A stretch of DNA of 64,000 bases from Calditrichia bacterium (GCA_050633245.1 JBOEGD010000010.1:1-64000), one strand, 5' to 3'. Positions 27,181-37,771 are shown, counted from the stretch's first letter. Made by a program: numbers and translations. Notes: generated by a model from the letters alone, not told the origin.

Positions 27181-29646
27181 TCATTTGTGTAACAAAACAT
27201 TATCTACCCACACGGTATTGGGTCCGGGATCACCCACAATTATCATCTGTGCCAGGTGTTCACGGGTAACAAGGCCGGTGAAGTCTGACAGGGGAATATC
27301 AAAAGTGACCCATTGGCCACTTACCAATGGCGGCGTAGAATTTTCATCGAAAGTCAGCTCAAACTCAACATCATCTCCACCATCGAAGACACCGTCCGCG
27401 CCAAAATCCACCAACTTGATTTTAAATACTGCCGGAACAGAAACGTCATCCGGCGTCCAGATATCCATGGAAAAGTGCGTCATTGCGTCGGCATTAATGG
27501 TTGGTGAGGTGAATTCAATTCCGGCGAACACAAGGTTGGTATACAGTTTTGCGTCGTCGCCGGCAACCAGAACATCCCCTACGTCGGCATTATCCCACTC
27601 TGCCGACCAGGTATTCACTGTTACATCGGTATAGGCATTGCTATACAACGAAATAACATCGGCAGCGTCAAAGGTCGGTGTCGGTGCAGGGGCAGCTGGT
27701 TCAGTAGGATTGCCTCCACCCTGCTTGTAGAAATACACATTATCTACGTAAACTGTGTTTGGATCGCCGGAAATAATAAGCTGTGCCAGATTCGATCGAG
27801 TCGTTAGCCCCGTAAAGCTGGACATCGGAATGTCTATGCCAATCCAGCTACCCGTTCCCAGAGCCGGGGTGGAGTTGGCATCAATACTCAATTCCTGTTC
27901 GGTATCATCACCGCCATCGAATGTATTATCGGGGCCGAAATCCACCAGCTTCACCTTGAAGGCCGCCGGTAAAGCAGTTGGGTCCGGTGTCCAAATATCT
28001 ATATGGAAGCCCGTCATCATCGTCACATCAATAGTCTGAGAGGTAAACTCGACTCCGGCAAATGCCAGACCGGTATACAGCTTGGTATCGTTGCCCTGAA
28101 CTTGAATATCGTCCAGGTTTGCCTGACTAAAGCCCGCATTCCAGGTATCTACCGGCTCATCGGAATAGGCATTACTAAAGAGCGAAATAACGTCAGCAGC
28201 CGGAACAGTAGGCGTTGGCGCCGGAACTGTAGGCCCAGTCGGTGTACTTCCACCCGTATTGTGGAAATAAACATTATCCACATAAACAGTATTGGGCTCT
28301 CCCGAGAGTACTAATTGTGCCAGATGCCCTCTTCCGGTCAACCCCGTGAAATCAGACAATGGTATATCCAGGCTAACCCAGGATTCCGTTGCAAGAACCG
28401 GACTGGTAAATGTAAGCTCATGTGATGAGTCATCACCGCCATCAAAGACGCCGTCAGCTCCAAAGTCAATCAGCAGCACTTTAAATGTTGCCGGTGCAGC
28501 GGTAGGATCGGGTGTCCAAATATCCAGATGGAAATTAGTCATCATTGAGGCATCAATAGTTTGTGTAGCAAATTCAATCCCGACGAAGTTTAGATTGGTG
28601 TACTTTTTAATATCATCTCCTGCGACCTGAATATCAACCACATCAGCATCTGAGAATTGCCATCCGGTGTCCCAGGTATCGACCGTGACGTTGGTATAGG
28701 CATTACTAAACATCGAGATAACATTGGCGGCATCAATCGTGGGAACGGGTGCCGGTGACGCTGGTCTTGGCGATGCCTGGACCACATTAACCGTAATTTT
28801 TTCTGCCATTTCCACAGAACCCAGTTTAACTGTTATTTCGGCAGTACCGACACTAACGCCGGTAACTTTGCCGTCGTCACTGGTCTCTGCCACTGCGGGA
28901 TCTGAAGAAATCAGGGTGAAATAAGCCGGTGCGGCATCAACTGATACATCCTCGCCATTTACATTATACGTTACACCGGTAACACCGGCGCTAAAGGTTT
29001 CACCCTCTTCACCGGTAACCGTAGTGGAACTAATTACCGCTCTGGGTTGAGCAATGGTACCCAGCTTTTCGAACTGCACCTCATCGAACCACAGATCATA
29101 TCCCACGCCGTTTTCAGGGCCTTCTGCATATTGAAAGAGTCCACCTTCAATAGAAAGCTTCGCAGCCAGCGGGATCGGAACCACGTATTTTTTCCATGAG
29201 GTGGTAACAGGCACACCACTTCTAGTGGCACTAAAAAGGGATGCCCCGCTGTTATCGTTGCCGAAACCGACTAAATCAATCGTGGCTACAGTGCTCGCTT
29301 TGGCCCAAAACGTTAACGCATCGTACCCCGTTAAATCTCTGCCAACAGTAGAGATAAATGCACCTCCGGCAAAGGAACCGGCGGGATCACCAAAGCTTGG
29401 CACGGTTATTCTCATTGACAGGTCACCATCATAAGTGTCGCTGTCGTCCACATCAAAGGCATCGACTTTAGAACCGCCGAATGCTTGATATTCCATCGCA
29501 GGACCAAACCCGTCGATAAATATCTCTGCATCAGTTGGATATGATGCAGGAGCTAGTGTATTTATGTCTCTATCACAACCGGACAATCCGATAAGAATTA
29601 ATACGGTAGTTGTGAAGACTAGGCGAAATAGGCTTTTCGCAGTCAT
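27181..29646 (-). CDS. Surface lipoprotein, probable glycan-binding protein (CBM-like + Ig-like + three repeated modules)
   Basis: Lipobox LSGC; three ~170-aa repeats each starting AP(T/V)PT...VIS(L/M)(F/Y)SNAY and ending N-T-V-(Y/W)-V-D-N-V; GGAGG RBS. Confidence 0.8.
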   Translation of the reverse strand: MTAKSLFRLVFTTTVLILIGLSGCDRDINTLAPASYPTDAEIFIDGFGPAMEYQAFGGSKVDAFDVDDSDTYDGDLSMRITVPSFGDPAGSFAGGAFISTVGRDLTGYDALTFWAKASTVATIDLVGFGNDNSGASLFSATRSGVPVTTSWKKYVVPIPLAAKLSIEGGLFQYAEGPENGVGYDLWFDEVQFEKLGTIAQPRAVISSTTVTGEEGETFSAGVTGVTYNVNGEDVSVDAAPAYFTLISSDPAVAETSDDGKVTGVSVGTAEITVKLGSVEMAEKITVNVVQASPRPASPAPVPTIDAANVISMFSNAYTNVTVDTWDTGWQFSDADVVDIQVAGDDIKKYTNLNFVGIEFATQTIDASMMTNFHLDIWTPDPTAAPATFKVLLIDFGADGVFDGGDDSSHELTFTSPVLATESWVSLDIPLSDFTGLTGRGHLAQLVLSGEPNTVYVDNVYFHNTGGSTPTGPTVPAPTPTVPAADVISLFSNAYSDEPVDTWNAGFSQANLDDIQVQGNDTKLYTGLAFAGVEFTSQTIDVTMMTGFHIDIWTPDPTALPAAFKVKLVDFGPDNTFDGGDDTEQELSIDANSTPALGTGSWIGIDIPMSSFTGLTTRSNLAQLIISGDPNTVYVDNVYFYKQGGGNPTEPAAPAPTPTFDAADVISLYSNAYTDVTVNTWSAEWDNADVGDVLVAGDDAKLYTNLVFAGIEFTSPTINADAMTHFSMDIWTPDDVSVPAVFKIKLVDFGADGVFDGGDDVEFELTFDENSTPPLVSGQWVTFDIPLSDFTGLVTREHLAQMIIVGDPGPNTVWVDNVLLHK

Positions 29647-29743
29647 TTCTGACCTCCAGATTGGTTAGGGGATCATGAGGTTAGTTACGTGGGCCGGCCC
29701 CCTTAAAAGCCTTGCGAAGACTATGATGTGTGCTCGATCCACG

Positions 29744-29792
29744 ACTTTGTTTGCTTACCGAACAAATTACTATTCAGTTAGGAATTTGTCAA
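29744..29792 (-). promoter_or_regulatory. Sigma70 promoter overlapped by a second copy of the palindromic operator
   Basis: Minus strand TTGACA(29792-87)-17 nt-TAATTT(29769-64); TAATTTGTT-N9-AACAAAGT in the same register as at 14535. Confidence 0.8.
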
Positions 29793-30054
29793 GTGAAAAA
29801 TAGGGGCAACTTATATTCTGTCGAAAAGCTTGCGAGAACAAACCTTGTATAATAGTAGAATTTGAGCAGTTTATGTTTGCAGTGAGCCATTCATTCAAAA
29901 GATGTTGAGAAGACTGAAAAGTGGCGTAACATAACCCAAGTTTAGCAAATATGGTAGGTTGTCGGGGTCTTTACTCATGGTAAACATGTTTAATGGAACC
30001 TCTTTATCGGCCTTTCGTAGCTTGAATAGATAAAACTCACGTTTTGGAGATCCC

Positions 30055-32415
30055 TTGAACCACCGATTACGCTTCCTTAGTTTATGCCTAGTACTTGCAG
30101 CTCTGCCGGCATTCGCCCAAACAACCATTCGTGGAACCGTTACTGATGCCGAATCCGGAGAGGCCCTGCCGGCAGCAAACATTCAAATTGAAGGCACCTA
30201 TAATGGCACCATTTCAAATGACCAAGGCACGTATGAGCTTGAATTAATGCAGCTCCCCACGACCCTTTTGGTGAGTTACATCGGCTATGAAAGCGCGGCC
30301 GTCAACGTTACAAGAAGCTCCGGCAGTTCCATTCCAATTCGTCTGAACCCGCTAACCTACGAGCTTCAGGCGATTACCGTTACCGATGAAGATCCGGCAG
30401 TTACCATAATGCGCAGGGTTATTAAAGAGAAACAAAAATGGTATGGCTCCCTGAGAACCTATCAGTCTGAAGCGTACACGCGCACCTCACTCCAAAACGA
30501 TAGCGGCATTGTTTCGATCGCTGAAAGCATTTCTGAGATTTACTGGGATGGCAAAAAAGGATCGAGAGAAGTCGTATTATCAAAAGATCAATCCCGTAAT
30601 GTCGACTATGATGACAATTTTGCAACGGCTGTTCTTATCGAGAACTTCTACGATAATGACATCCCCATTCAGGGCTTTAAGATGATCGGTCCAACCCATC
30701 CCGATGCTCTAAAGCATTACCACTTTAAGTTAATCGGGCAAAGAAAACTGGATGATCGCATCGTCTATGACATGGAGCTAAAGCCAAAAGGTAAGCTACA
30801 ACCCGCTTTTGAAGGTCGTATATCAATATTAGACGAATTGTTCGCGATGATAGATGTCGATTTGAGACCACGTGACAATCTGATCTTTCCTCAGCCAATC
30901 CAAAGTTGGAAACTGGCCTATAAGCAGCAATTCCGCAATTTTGGTAAAACATATTGGCTACCAGTCGATGTGCGTATCGACGGAACCATTAAGTTTGGTT
31001 TCCCCGGACTACAGTTTCCGCCGATTTCCTATACGCAACTTACGCGCCTTAGCGGTTATCAGGTGAACACTGCCCTCCCCGACTCGCTATTCGAATCGAA
31101 GGTGCAGCGTCGTGAAGAATTCAGTGACTCGACGGGTGCCGGAGTTCAGGCAGCTCGCGTGCCGCTTTCCGACGTCGAGGAAGAAGCCTATGAGTCTCTG
31201 GATAGCACCCTGACACTAAATAAGGCTTTTAAGCCCACCGGAATGTTTGCCCGTTTCGTCGATCTGGAAGACGGAGATAGTGATAATAATGAAGGCGGTG
31301 GTATCACCAAGTATGTAGATTTTATTCCCATGCTCTGGTTCAACCGTGTCGCCGGTTTACACACCGGGATGCGCCTGGAGAGCAGTTCACTTAAAAAGCT
31401 AAAGCTACGGGCCGAAGCGGGTTATCGTAGCGAACAAGCCAGCTGGAATTATGCAGGTGGAATTGGACTCCGTCTATTTGAGAATAATGCGTGGATAGAG
31501 CTTGGCGCATTTCGCGAAAACGCGACGCGTAATCGCTCCATAACCTGGAACCGCTTCTTCAACAGCGCACTGCCGCTAATCGGCTCCCCGGACTATTTCG
31601 ATTACTATCAGCGCGAAGGTTTTTTTGCAGAAGCGGGTTTCGATTTGCCAGATGCCCTGAACACGACCTTAAGCTTCACCTATCGCCAGGAAGATCATTC
31701 CTCGCTGCGCAAGAACACCGACTATGCATTTTTTGACGATACCGTTATCCAGCGAAACAATCCAAACATCACCGAAGGGGATATGCGCACGCTATCGACA
31801 GTATTAGAATATGATGATAGCTATACACCATTTGGCCTTGTCGGTGAAAAAGGCATGCGTCTGGAAATTGAGCACAGCAGTGACGTCTTGAATAGCGATT
31901 TTGATTTCACGCGCTATCAGGCAGAGATATACTGGAAAATCCCTACCTTTTTGCGTCGCCGTATTCTCCCAAACGCCATCGATGTTCTTGTGTCTGCAGG
32001 AAAAACAACCGGCACCGTCCCTGCCCAACGCCTCGGTGCGATTGACACAGGATTCGAAGCTTTTCGGCCCTTTGGAACCTTTCGCAGCTTGCGCAATCAG
32101 CCGCTTGAAGGCGATGAGCATCTTGCGATTTTCTGGGAGCACAATTTTCGCACGGCACCGTTCGAGCTACTGGGCCTCAATACCCTTGCCCGAAAGAATT
32201 GGGGAATTTTGCTACATGGCGCCAGCGGTAGAACCTGGCTAACTGATGAGACAGCTCAGCAACTATATTTTTTGCCACGCGTTAGCGAGGAAACGCATCA
32301 TGAAATCGGCGTTTCTGTAAACGGAGTGTTCGGCTTGTTTCGCGTAGACTTTACCCAACAGTTAAACGGCAACGTCGGCAGCTATTTTGGAATCGGCGCA
32401 GCGCGTTTCTTCTAA
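30055..32415 (+). CDS. Carboxypeptidase-regulatory-like domain + DUF5686-type outer-membrane protein
   Basis: Signal peptide; IRGTVTDAESGEALPAANI...SYIGY; C-terminal beta-strands ending in F; TTG start with GGAG. Confidence 0.78.
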   Translation: MNHRLRFLSLCLVLAALPAFAQTTIRGTVTDAESGEALPAANIQIEGTYNGTISNDQGTYELELMQLPTTLLVSYIGYESAAVNVTRSSGSSIPIRLNPLTYELQAITVTDEDPAVTIMRRVIKEKQKWYGSLRTYQSEAYTRTSLQNDSGIVSIAESISEIYWDGKKGSREVVLSKDQSRNVDYDDNFATAVLIENFYDNDIPIQGFKMIGPTHPDALKHYHFKLIGQRKLDDRIVYDMELKPKGKLQPAFEGRISILDELFAMIDVDLRPRDNLIFPQPIQSWKLAYKQQFRNFGKTYWLPVDVRIDGTIKFGFPGLQFPPISYTQLTRLSGYQVNTALPDSLFESKVQRREEFSDSTGAGVQAARVPLSDVEEEAYESLDSTLTLNKAFKPTGMFARFVDLEDGDSDNNEGGGITKYVDFIPMLWFNRVAGLHTGMRLESSSLKKLKLRAEAGYRSEQASWNYAGGIGLRLFENNAWIELGAFRENATRNRSITWNRFFNSALPLIGSPDYFDYYQREGFFAEAGFDLPDALNTTLSFTYRQEDHSSLRKNTDYAFFDDTVIQRNNPNITEGDMRTLSTVLEYDDSYTPFGLVGEKGMRLEIEHSSDVLNSDFDFTRYQAEIYWKIPTFLRRRILPNAIDVLVSAGKTTGTVPAQRLGAIDTGFEAFRPFGTFRSLRNQPLEGDEHLAIFWEHNFRTAPFELLGLNTLARKNWGILLHGASGRTWLTDETAQQLYFLPRVSEETHHEIGVSVNGVFGLFRVDFTQQLNGNVGSYFGIGAARFF

Positions 32416-32520
32416 AACAATCGCCTTCCTTAAAAAGCAAAAAATTGCGAACTTTTGTCCTGTAGGAAGCGTCATTATATTGATGCCCTGCAAGGACAAC
32501 CATATAGGAGGCAATCTCTC

Positions 32521-35367
32521 ATGCGAATGCTAATTATCGCAGCAGTATTCAGTTTCTTTTTACTACAGTGTTCCGGCACCAGGTCGGCCGCTCAAAAAGC
32601 CATGAATACCGCTGAAGCGGTGATGGTAAAAAAACTACCGGTAGACAATAATGTGATCATTGGAAAACTTGACAATGGTCTTACCTATTATATCCGCAAA
32701 AATACCGAGCCCGAAAATCGCGCCGAGTTGCGACTTGCAGTCGATGCCGGTTCGATGATGGAAGATCCCAAGCAATTGGGACTCGCTCACTTCGTGGAAC
32801 ACATGGCCTTTAACGGCACGGAAAATTTTGAGAAACAAGAATTAATCGATTATGTTGAATCTATCGGCGTGCGATTTGGCCCACACTTAAATGCTTACAC
32901 CAGCTTTGACGAAACCGTTTACATGCTTCAAGTGCCGACCGACAGTGCCGGCATGCTCGATACCGGGATTCAGATTCTGGAAGAATGGGCACATCGCGTC
33001 AGCTTTACGGATGAAGAGATAGACAAAGAACGTGGCGTGGTTGTCGAAGAGTGGCGCACCGGACGCGGCGCCGGAATGCGAATGCTCGACAAACAATTGC
33101 CGGTTCTGTTTAAAGACTCGCGTTATGCAGAACGATTGCCTATTGGTAAGAAAGAAATTCTTGAGACATTTGATTACGAAACGCTACGCAGCTTTTATCG
33201 CGACTGGTATCGCCCGGAGTTAATGGCGGTTATTGTTGTTGGCGATGTGGACGTGGCAGCGGTTGAAGCACAGATTAAGCAGCGATTTTCAACCATTCCG
33301 GCAAGCACTGCAGACGTGCGTGAACGCAAAAGTTATGAGGTTCCAGGACATGCAGAACCGCTCTACTCAATTGCCACAGATCCGGAAGCACAGCGCAACT
33401 CGGTATCCATTCTTTACAAGCGCCCCGTAAGCGAGCAGAACAACGAAGAGGCATATAGACGTTCATTAGTTGGATCGCTGTTTCTGGGAATGTTTAACAA
33501 TCGCCTCTATGAACTCACTCAACAGCCGGAACCTCCTTATCTGGGTGCTTATGCCGGAGAGAGCAACTTTATTCGCGCAAAAAACTTTGCGCAGCTCGGG
33601 GCAGTCGTCAAAGACGGCCAGATCGAGAGCGGACTCAAAACACTTTTAATTGAAGCCGAGCGAGCAAAACGCTTTGGTTTTACCGCAACTGAGCTGGAAC
33701 GAGAGAAGACCTCACTAATGCGCGGCATTGAGCAGGCATATCGCGAGAAGAGTAAGACCAAGTCCCGCAACTATGCCTCAGAATACATTAGAAATTTTCT
33801 GGAAGATGAACCCATTCCCGGAATTGACTTCGAATATGAGCTGTATCAAAAGTTTGTTCCCGGTATTACGCTCGAAGAAATCAATACGCTTGTTGGCAAA
33901 TGGCTAACCGATGAGAATCGCGTGGTTTTGGTAGACGCACCTGAAAAAGAAGGTCTGACAGCGCCAACCGAGGCCGGATTGCAAAACGCCTTTGCAACGG
34001 CAACACAGAGCGATATTACAGCCTATGTAGATCAGGTGTCTAATGATCCATTGGTAGCCGAGGTACCCGAACCGGGAACGATTCTATCCGAAACAATGAA
34101 TGAGGAAGTAGGAACAACGACCTGGAAACTCTCGAATGGTATTACCGTTGTTCTAAAACCAACAGACTTTAAGAATGACCAGGTTTTGTTTAATGCTTAT
34201 AGTACTGGCGGTCATTCGTTAGTAGATGACAGAGACTTCATTTCCGCAAGCTACGCCACGCAGATTGTCGAACAAGGTGGCATCGGCAACTTCTCTCTCA
34301 TCGAGTTGCAGAAAAAGCTTACCGGAAAAGTAGTCAACGTTTCACCATATATTCGCGAGTTAAACGAGGGTATATCGGGTAGCGCATCGCCAGAGGATCT
34401 GGAAACGATGTTCCAGCTTATCCATCTTTATATTACCAGTCCACGACGCGACGAACAATCTTATGAAGCATACCGTGCACAAATAAGCGCTTATCTGCAA
34501 AACTACGACGCCAATCCGGCTAATGCATTCCGCGATACCATCAGAACAACAATGGCGCAGAATCACTTCCGGGCTCGACCGATTTCACAGTCTCATCTTG
34601 ATGAAATGAACCTGGATCGTTCATTGGCAATCTATAAAGACCGTTTTGCCGACACCGATGACTTCACCTTTATTTTCGTAGGCAATATCGACCCGGTATC
34701 ACTCAAACCACTCGTCTCAACTTATATTGCCACTCTCCCCACGACCCCACGGGAAGAAACATGGGCAGATGTCGGTATGCTGAACCCCGAAGGCATTATC
34801 AAAAAAACGGTCTATCGTGGAATTGAGCCCAAAAGCCAGGTTCGCATTACATTTACCGGACCACTGCAGTGGAATATAAAAAATCGCTTCGAGCTGAACA
34901 TGATGACCGCCGTCTTGCGTATTAAGCTGCGCGAGGCATTGCGTGAAGATAAGGGCGGAACCTACGGCGTTGGTGTTTCCGCACGAAGAAGCCACTTCCC
35001 ACGTTCGGAGTATTCGCTGAACATTGGATTCGGCTGCGACCCGGAAAGAGTCGATGAACTTATTACAACGGTTTTCGATGAGTTAAAAGCGCTACAGAAG
35101 TCACAGGTCGATGATATTTACATGCAAAAAGTGAAAGAAACGCGTCGACGTGGTTGGGAAACGGACGTAAAGGAAAATCGCTTCTGGCTGAACTCACTGT
35201 CTTTTTATCTTGAAGAAGGCGAAGATCCTGCACAAATAATCAATTTGCCAACTCTGATCGAAGGTGTCACGAAGGAAACAATTCAAAGTGCCGCTCAGCA
35301 GTATATTGATCTGAAGAATTATGTGCAGATCGTTCTGAAGCCCGAGGCGTCAACCGGCGTAAACTAG
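32521..35367 (+). CDS. M16 zinc protease (PqqL-like), lipoprotein
   Basis: GLAHFVEHMAFNGT (HxxEH), NAYTSFDETVY, LREDKGGTY; lipobox-like LLQC; ATG 32521 with AGGAGG. Confidence 0.93.
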   Translation: MRMLIIAAVFSFFLLQCSGTRSAAQKAMNTAEAVMVKKLPVDNNVIIGKLDNGLTYYIRKNTEPENRAELRLAVDAGSMMEDPKQLGLAHFVEHMAFNGTENFEKQELIDYVESIGVRFGPHLNAYTSFDETVYMLQVPTDSAGMLDTGIQILEEWAHRVSFTDEEIDKERGVVVEEWRTGRGAGMRMLDKQLPVLFKDSRYAERLPIGKKEILETFDYETLRSFYRDWYRPELMAVIVVGDVDVAAVEAQIKQRFSTIPASTADVRERKSYEVPGHAEPLYSIATDPEAQRNSVSILYKRPVSEQNNEEAYRRSLVGSLFLGMFNNRLYELTQQPEPPYLGAYAGESNFIRAKNFAQLGAVVKDGQIESGLKTLLIEAERAKRFGFTATELEREKTSLMRGIEQAYREKSKTKSRNYASEYIRNFLEDEPIPGIDFEYELYQKFVPGITLEEINTLVGKWLTDENRVVLVDAPEKEGLTAPTEAGLQNAFATATQSDITAYVDQVSNDPLVAEVPEPGTILSETMNEEVGTTTWKLSNGITVVLKPTDFKNDQVLFNAYSTGGHSLVDDRDFISASYATQIVEQGGIGNFSLIELQKKLTGKVVNVSPYIRELNEGISGSASPEDLETMFQLIHLYITSPRRDEQSYEAYRAQISAYLQNYDANPANAFRDTIRTTMAQNHFRARPISQSHLDEMNLDRSLAIYKDRFADTDDFTFIFVGNIDPVSLKPLVSTYIATLPTTPREETWADVGMLNPEGIIKKTVYRGIEPKSQVRITFTGPLQWNIKNRFELNMMTAVLRIKLREALREDKGGTYGVGVSARRSHFPRSEYSLNIGFGCDPERVDELITTVFDELKALQKSQVDDIYMQKVKETRRRGWETDVKENRFWLNSLSFYLEEGEDPAQIINLPTLIEGVTKETIQSAAQQYIDLKNYVQIVLKPEASTGVN

Positions 35368-35393
35368 CCTGTCAATTTTATAGCGTATAGAAC

Positions 35394-35430
35394 CAAAGAG
35401 GCCGCTCTGCATAGCAGAACGGCCTCTTTG
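35394..35430 (+). terminator. Intrinsic terminator
   Basis: CAAAGAGGCCGCTCTGC-ata-GCAGAACGGCCTCTTTG. Confidence 0.75.
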
Positions 35431-35625
35431 TATTGTTGGGGGAGTATATCTATATAGATTCGCTAAACACGCGAAAAAGTTTTCACGTGCCAGAAGATAA
35501 CCCAGCTTCGAAGACCAAAGCCAATCGATAATCTCAATAGAGCAATAGATATTCTCTATGAGTGAAATTCAGGAATAGTTTTCATAGTAACTGTAAGTCA
35601 GTTGTTGAGGCATGAATGGAGGGAT

Positions 35626-35654
35626 AAAAAAAGCCCATGACGCCTGTCATGGGC
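35626..35654 (-). terminator. Intrinsic terminator
   Basis: Minus strand GCCCATGAC-aggc-GTCATGGGC followed by a T7 run. Confidence 0.75.
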
Positions 35655-35685
35655 ACGAATAAATTAAAGAGATAGGCGTCAGATC

Positions 35686-36405
35686 CTAATTGCCACGCGC
35701 TCGATATTCTCGTTTGCCGGCATCGCGTTTTCGCTGCTCGCTCATTAGCCGCTCGCGCTTGCGATTCCAGGAGACCCAATCGAGAAGCTCATCTTTATCG
35801 ACATTAAACTCTGCAATTGTCGTCTGTCCATCTTTATTCAGAGAAAGACTTTGTCCGGGAGTTACAGTCGTGATAACCGAGTCTGCACTAATCGCAACCG
35901 GCTCTCGTTTTGCCGAAAGTCCTTCGATAGAAACCGCATGCCCCAGACTTTTACGGCTATCGACATTACCGGCATAGACAAGGATTTCAGTCGTTCCGTT
36001 TTTCAGGGCCTCTATTCTGAACTGAGCGCTATCGGTATACACTTCGGCTGCAGGAGTTATGATTCGCATGCTGCCACCATTAACGCCATCATCTATCCAC
36101 ACCTTGCCAACGCTTAATAAACAACGCGTCTCGCCGTCTGCTATTTCAATGCTAAAAGCGGTATTGCTACCAAGACGAATCGTTTCACCGGTATCGAGCA
36201 AAATTTCGCAACGGCTTTTGCTTCGCGTCTGAACAATATCGCCAGCATCGATTTTGCTGTTAAACGTTGCGTATTCCAGCGCATTGGTTCCGGCTGGTAC
36301 AATAAACACTCTATTGAGTGGAAAGGTTACTTTTCCAACCGTTTGTGCGGTTAGGCTGGAAGCAAATAGAATTAGAAATAACAAGCTTAATCGCTGTAAT
36401 ATCAT
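35686..36405 (-). CDS. Secreted FecR-domain protein
   Basis: Signal peptide; GDIVQT...SRCEI...IRLGSNT, ITPAAEV, ILVYAGNV pattern; ATG 36405 with GGAG. Confidence 0.7.
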   Translation of the reverse strand: MILQRLSLLFLILFASSLTAQTVGKVTFPLNRVFIVPAGTNALEYATFNSKIDAGDIVQTRSKSRCEILLDTGETIRLGSNTAFSIEIADGETRCLLSVGKVWIDDGVNGGSMRIITPAAEVYTDSAQFRIEALKNGTTEILVYAGNVDSRKSLGHAVSIEGLSAKREPVAISADSVITTVTPGQSLSLNKDGQTTIAEFNVDKDELLDWVSWNRKRERLMSEQRKRDAGKREYRARGN

Positions 36406-36578
36406 AACGACTCCATGTGAATCTTGATCTGTAAAGAGCATTGGCTCGGGACGAGCCAGGTGAATAACCATCATCTATGTAGGTGTTTCAAAACATTTTT
36501 TGAAACAAAAAGATCAGACTTTTAATACTCAAACATACGTATTAAAGGCGCTTATCGCAATATGAAAAGGGATTATTT

Positions 36579-37331
36579 TTACAGAAAGATATATACTTTG
36601 ACCCCATCATTGATGCGTTGTTCAGTTAAATTCGTCTTAATTCGCTCGGCATCTTCTGCGGTCAATACAATGTCTGCCTTTAGCATACCGCCTGGTTTCA
36701 GCGCTTTAAATGTATTTTCAGACTCAACGATTTCCTGGCTTTTTAAATACTTCACCGGCCAGTCCTTGCCAAATTGACCGGCGATAAACAGGGTTTCGCC
36801 ATCGCTGTCTTTAATACGAGGCATAAGTGCCGGGCTAAGCTGCAATCCTCTACAGTCAATATGAATCGCCTCGAGCGGATTTGCAGCTTTTTTAAGGCTA
36901 TCTGTACGAATCGAGCGAGGTTTGCGTACGGCACTTACCGCTTCATACAATTTTTGTAGAGTCAATTCGACATCTAAAGCAACGCCGCGACGATCTTTTA
37001 AGTATTGTATTCCCTGCACCGAAAAGTCATTCAGATAGTTAGTAAACTCCTCTTTTACCAGCAGAACATCGAGAGTTTTATCGCCATTCAATGGAATGGA
37101 CATGACCAGACGGCGGATTTTTTCTACTGCGTTGGCACCGGCACGCTCTCTGGATCGCTGCACAAATTCACCCGGGGTCAAACCGGGGTCTGGTTCACCG
37201 GTGGCAACAACGCGCATCATTTCTTCCTGCCAGTCTACATAACCAACGTTATCGACTACCAGCCTGGTTTGTCCATTGGTATACGTTATAAATGCAAGAA
37301 GCAAAACTACAAGTCGAATAATCTGAGACAT
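36579..37331 (-). CDS. Secreted hypothetical protein (LPP20-like N-terminus possible)
   Basis: Signal peptide; VDW...ATG and IDCRGL-x-LSPALMPRI segments; ATG 37331 with GGAGA. Confidence 0.6.
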   Translation of the reverse strand: MSQIIRLVVLLLAFITYTNGQTRLVVDNVGYVDWQEEMMRVVATGEPDPGLTPGEFVQRSRERAGANAVEKIRRLVMSIPLNGDKTLDVLLVKEEFTNYLNDFSVQGIQYLKDRRGVALDVELTLQKLYEAVSAVRKPRSIRTDSLKKAANPLEAIHIDCRGLQLSPALMPRIKDSDGETLFIAGQFGKDWPVKYLKSQEIVESENTFKALKPGGMLKADIVLTAEDAERIKTNLTEQRINDGVKVYIFL

Positions 37332-37742
37332 CGTTAAAAGATCTCCATTTTTCCTGGGTGATGGAATCACGCAGATGCTATAAGTTTAAAACGATTGAAC
37401 ATAAGTTTTTGAGGTATTAAAGCAAAAATGACCTCGTTTTCACACCGTCATGGCAAATTTCAAATTTATTTGTTCAGAAAAAGAACAAAGTTCTGATTAC
37501 TTGTATTCACAAACCAAATAGATGTTCCCTGAGCAACTTACACTTTTCAAACAATGAATGCCAGTGAGGGCCGAAAATAGCTCAAATCGCCTGATAGCGT
37601 GGTTTTGGTCAGCATTTCAGCGATTTTTTGTAGAAGAAAGTCGACATTTGTGTCGCCTATTGCAAAAAAAATACCAAAACGCATTTTGTGATATTCGGCA
37701 TGGTAAGCTCATGAAAATTCTACATTATCGGCCATTTTTTCT

Positions 37743-37771
37743 TTGACATGAATAGTTTCAGTTATTATATT
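37743..37771 (+). promoter_or_regulatory. Sigma70 promoter
   Basis: TTGACA-17 nt-TATATT upstream of the sigma factor gene. Confidence 0.7.

Noticed and set aside
27185-29434. Series of long antisense ORFs over the lipoprotein gene (and similar ones across the window)
   Set aside because: Shadow frames produced by codon bias of the real genes; Ser/Pro/Thr-rich with no RBS or domain signal.
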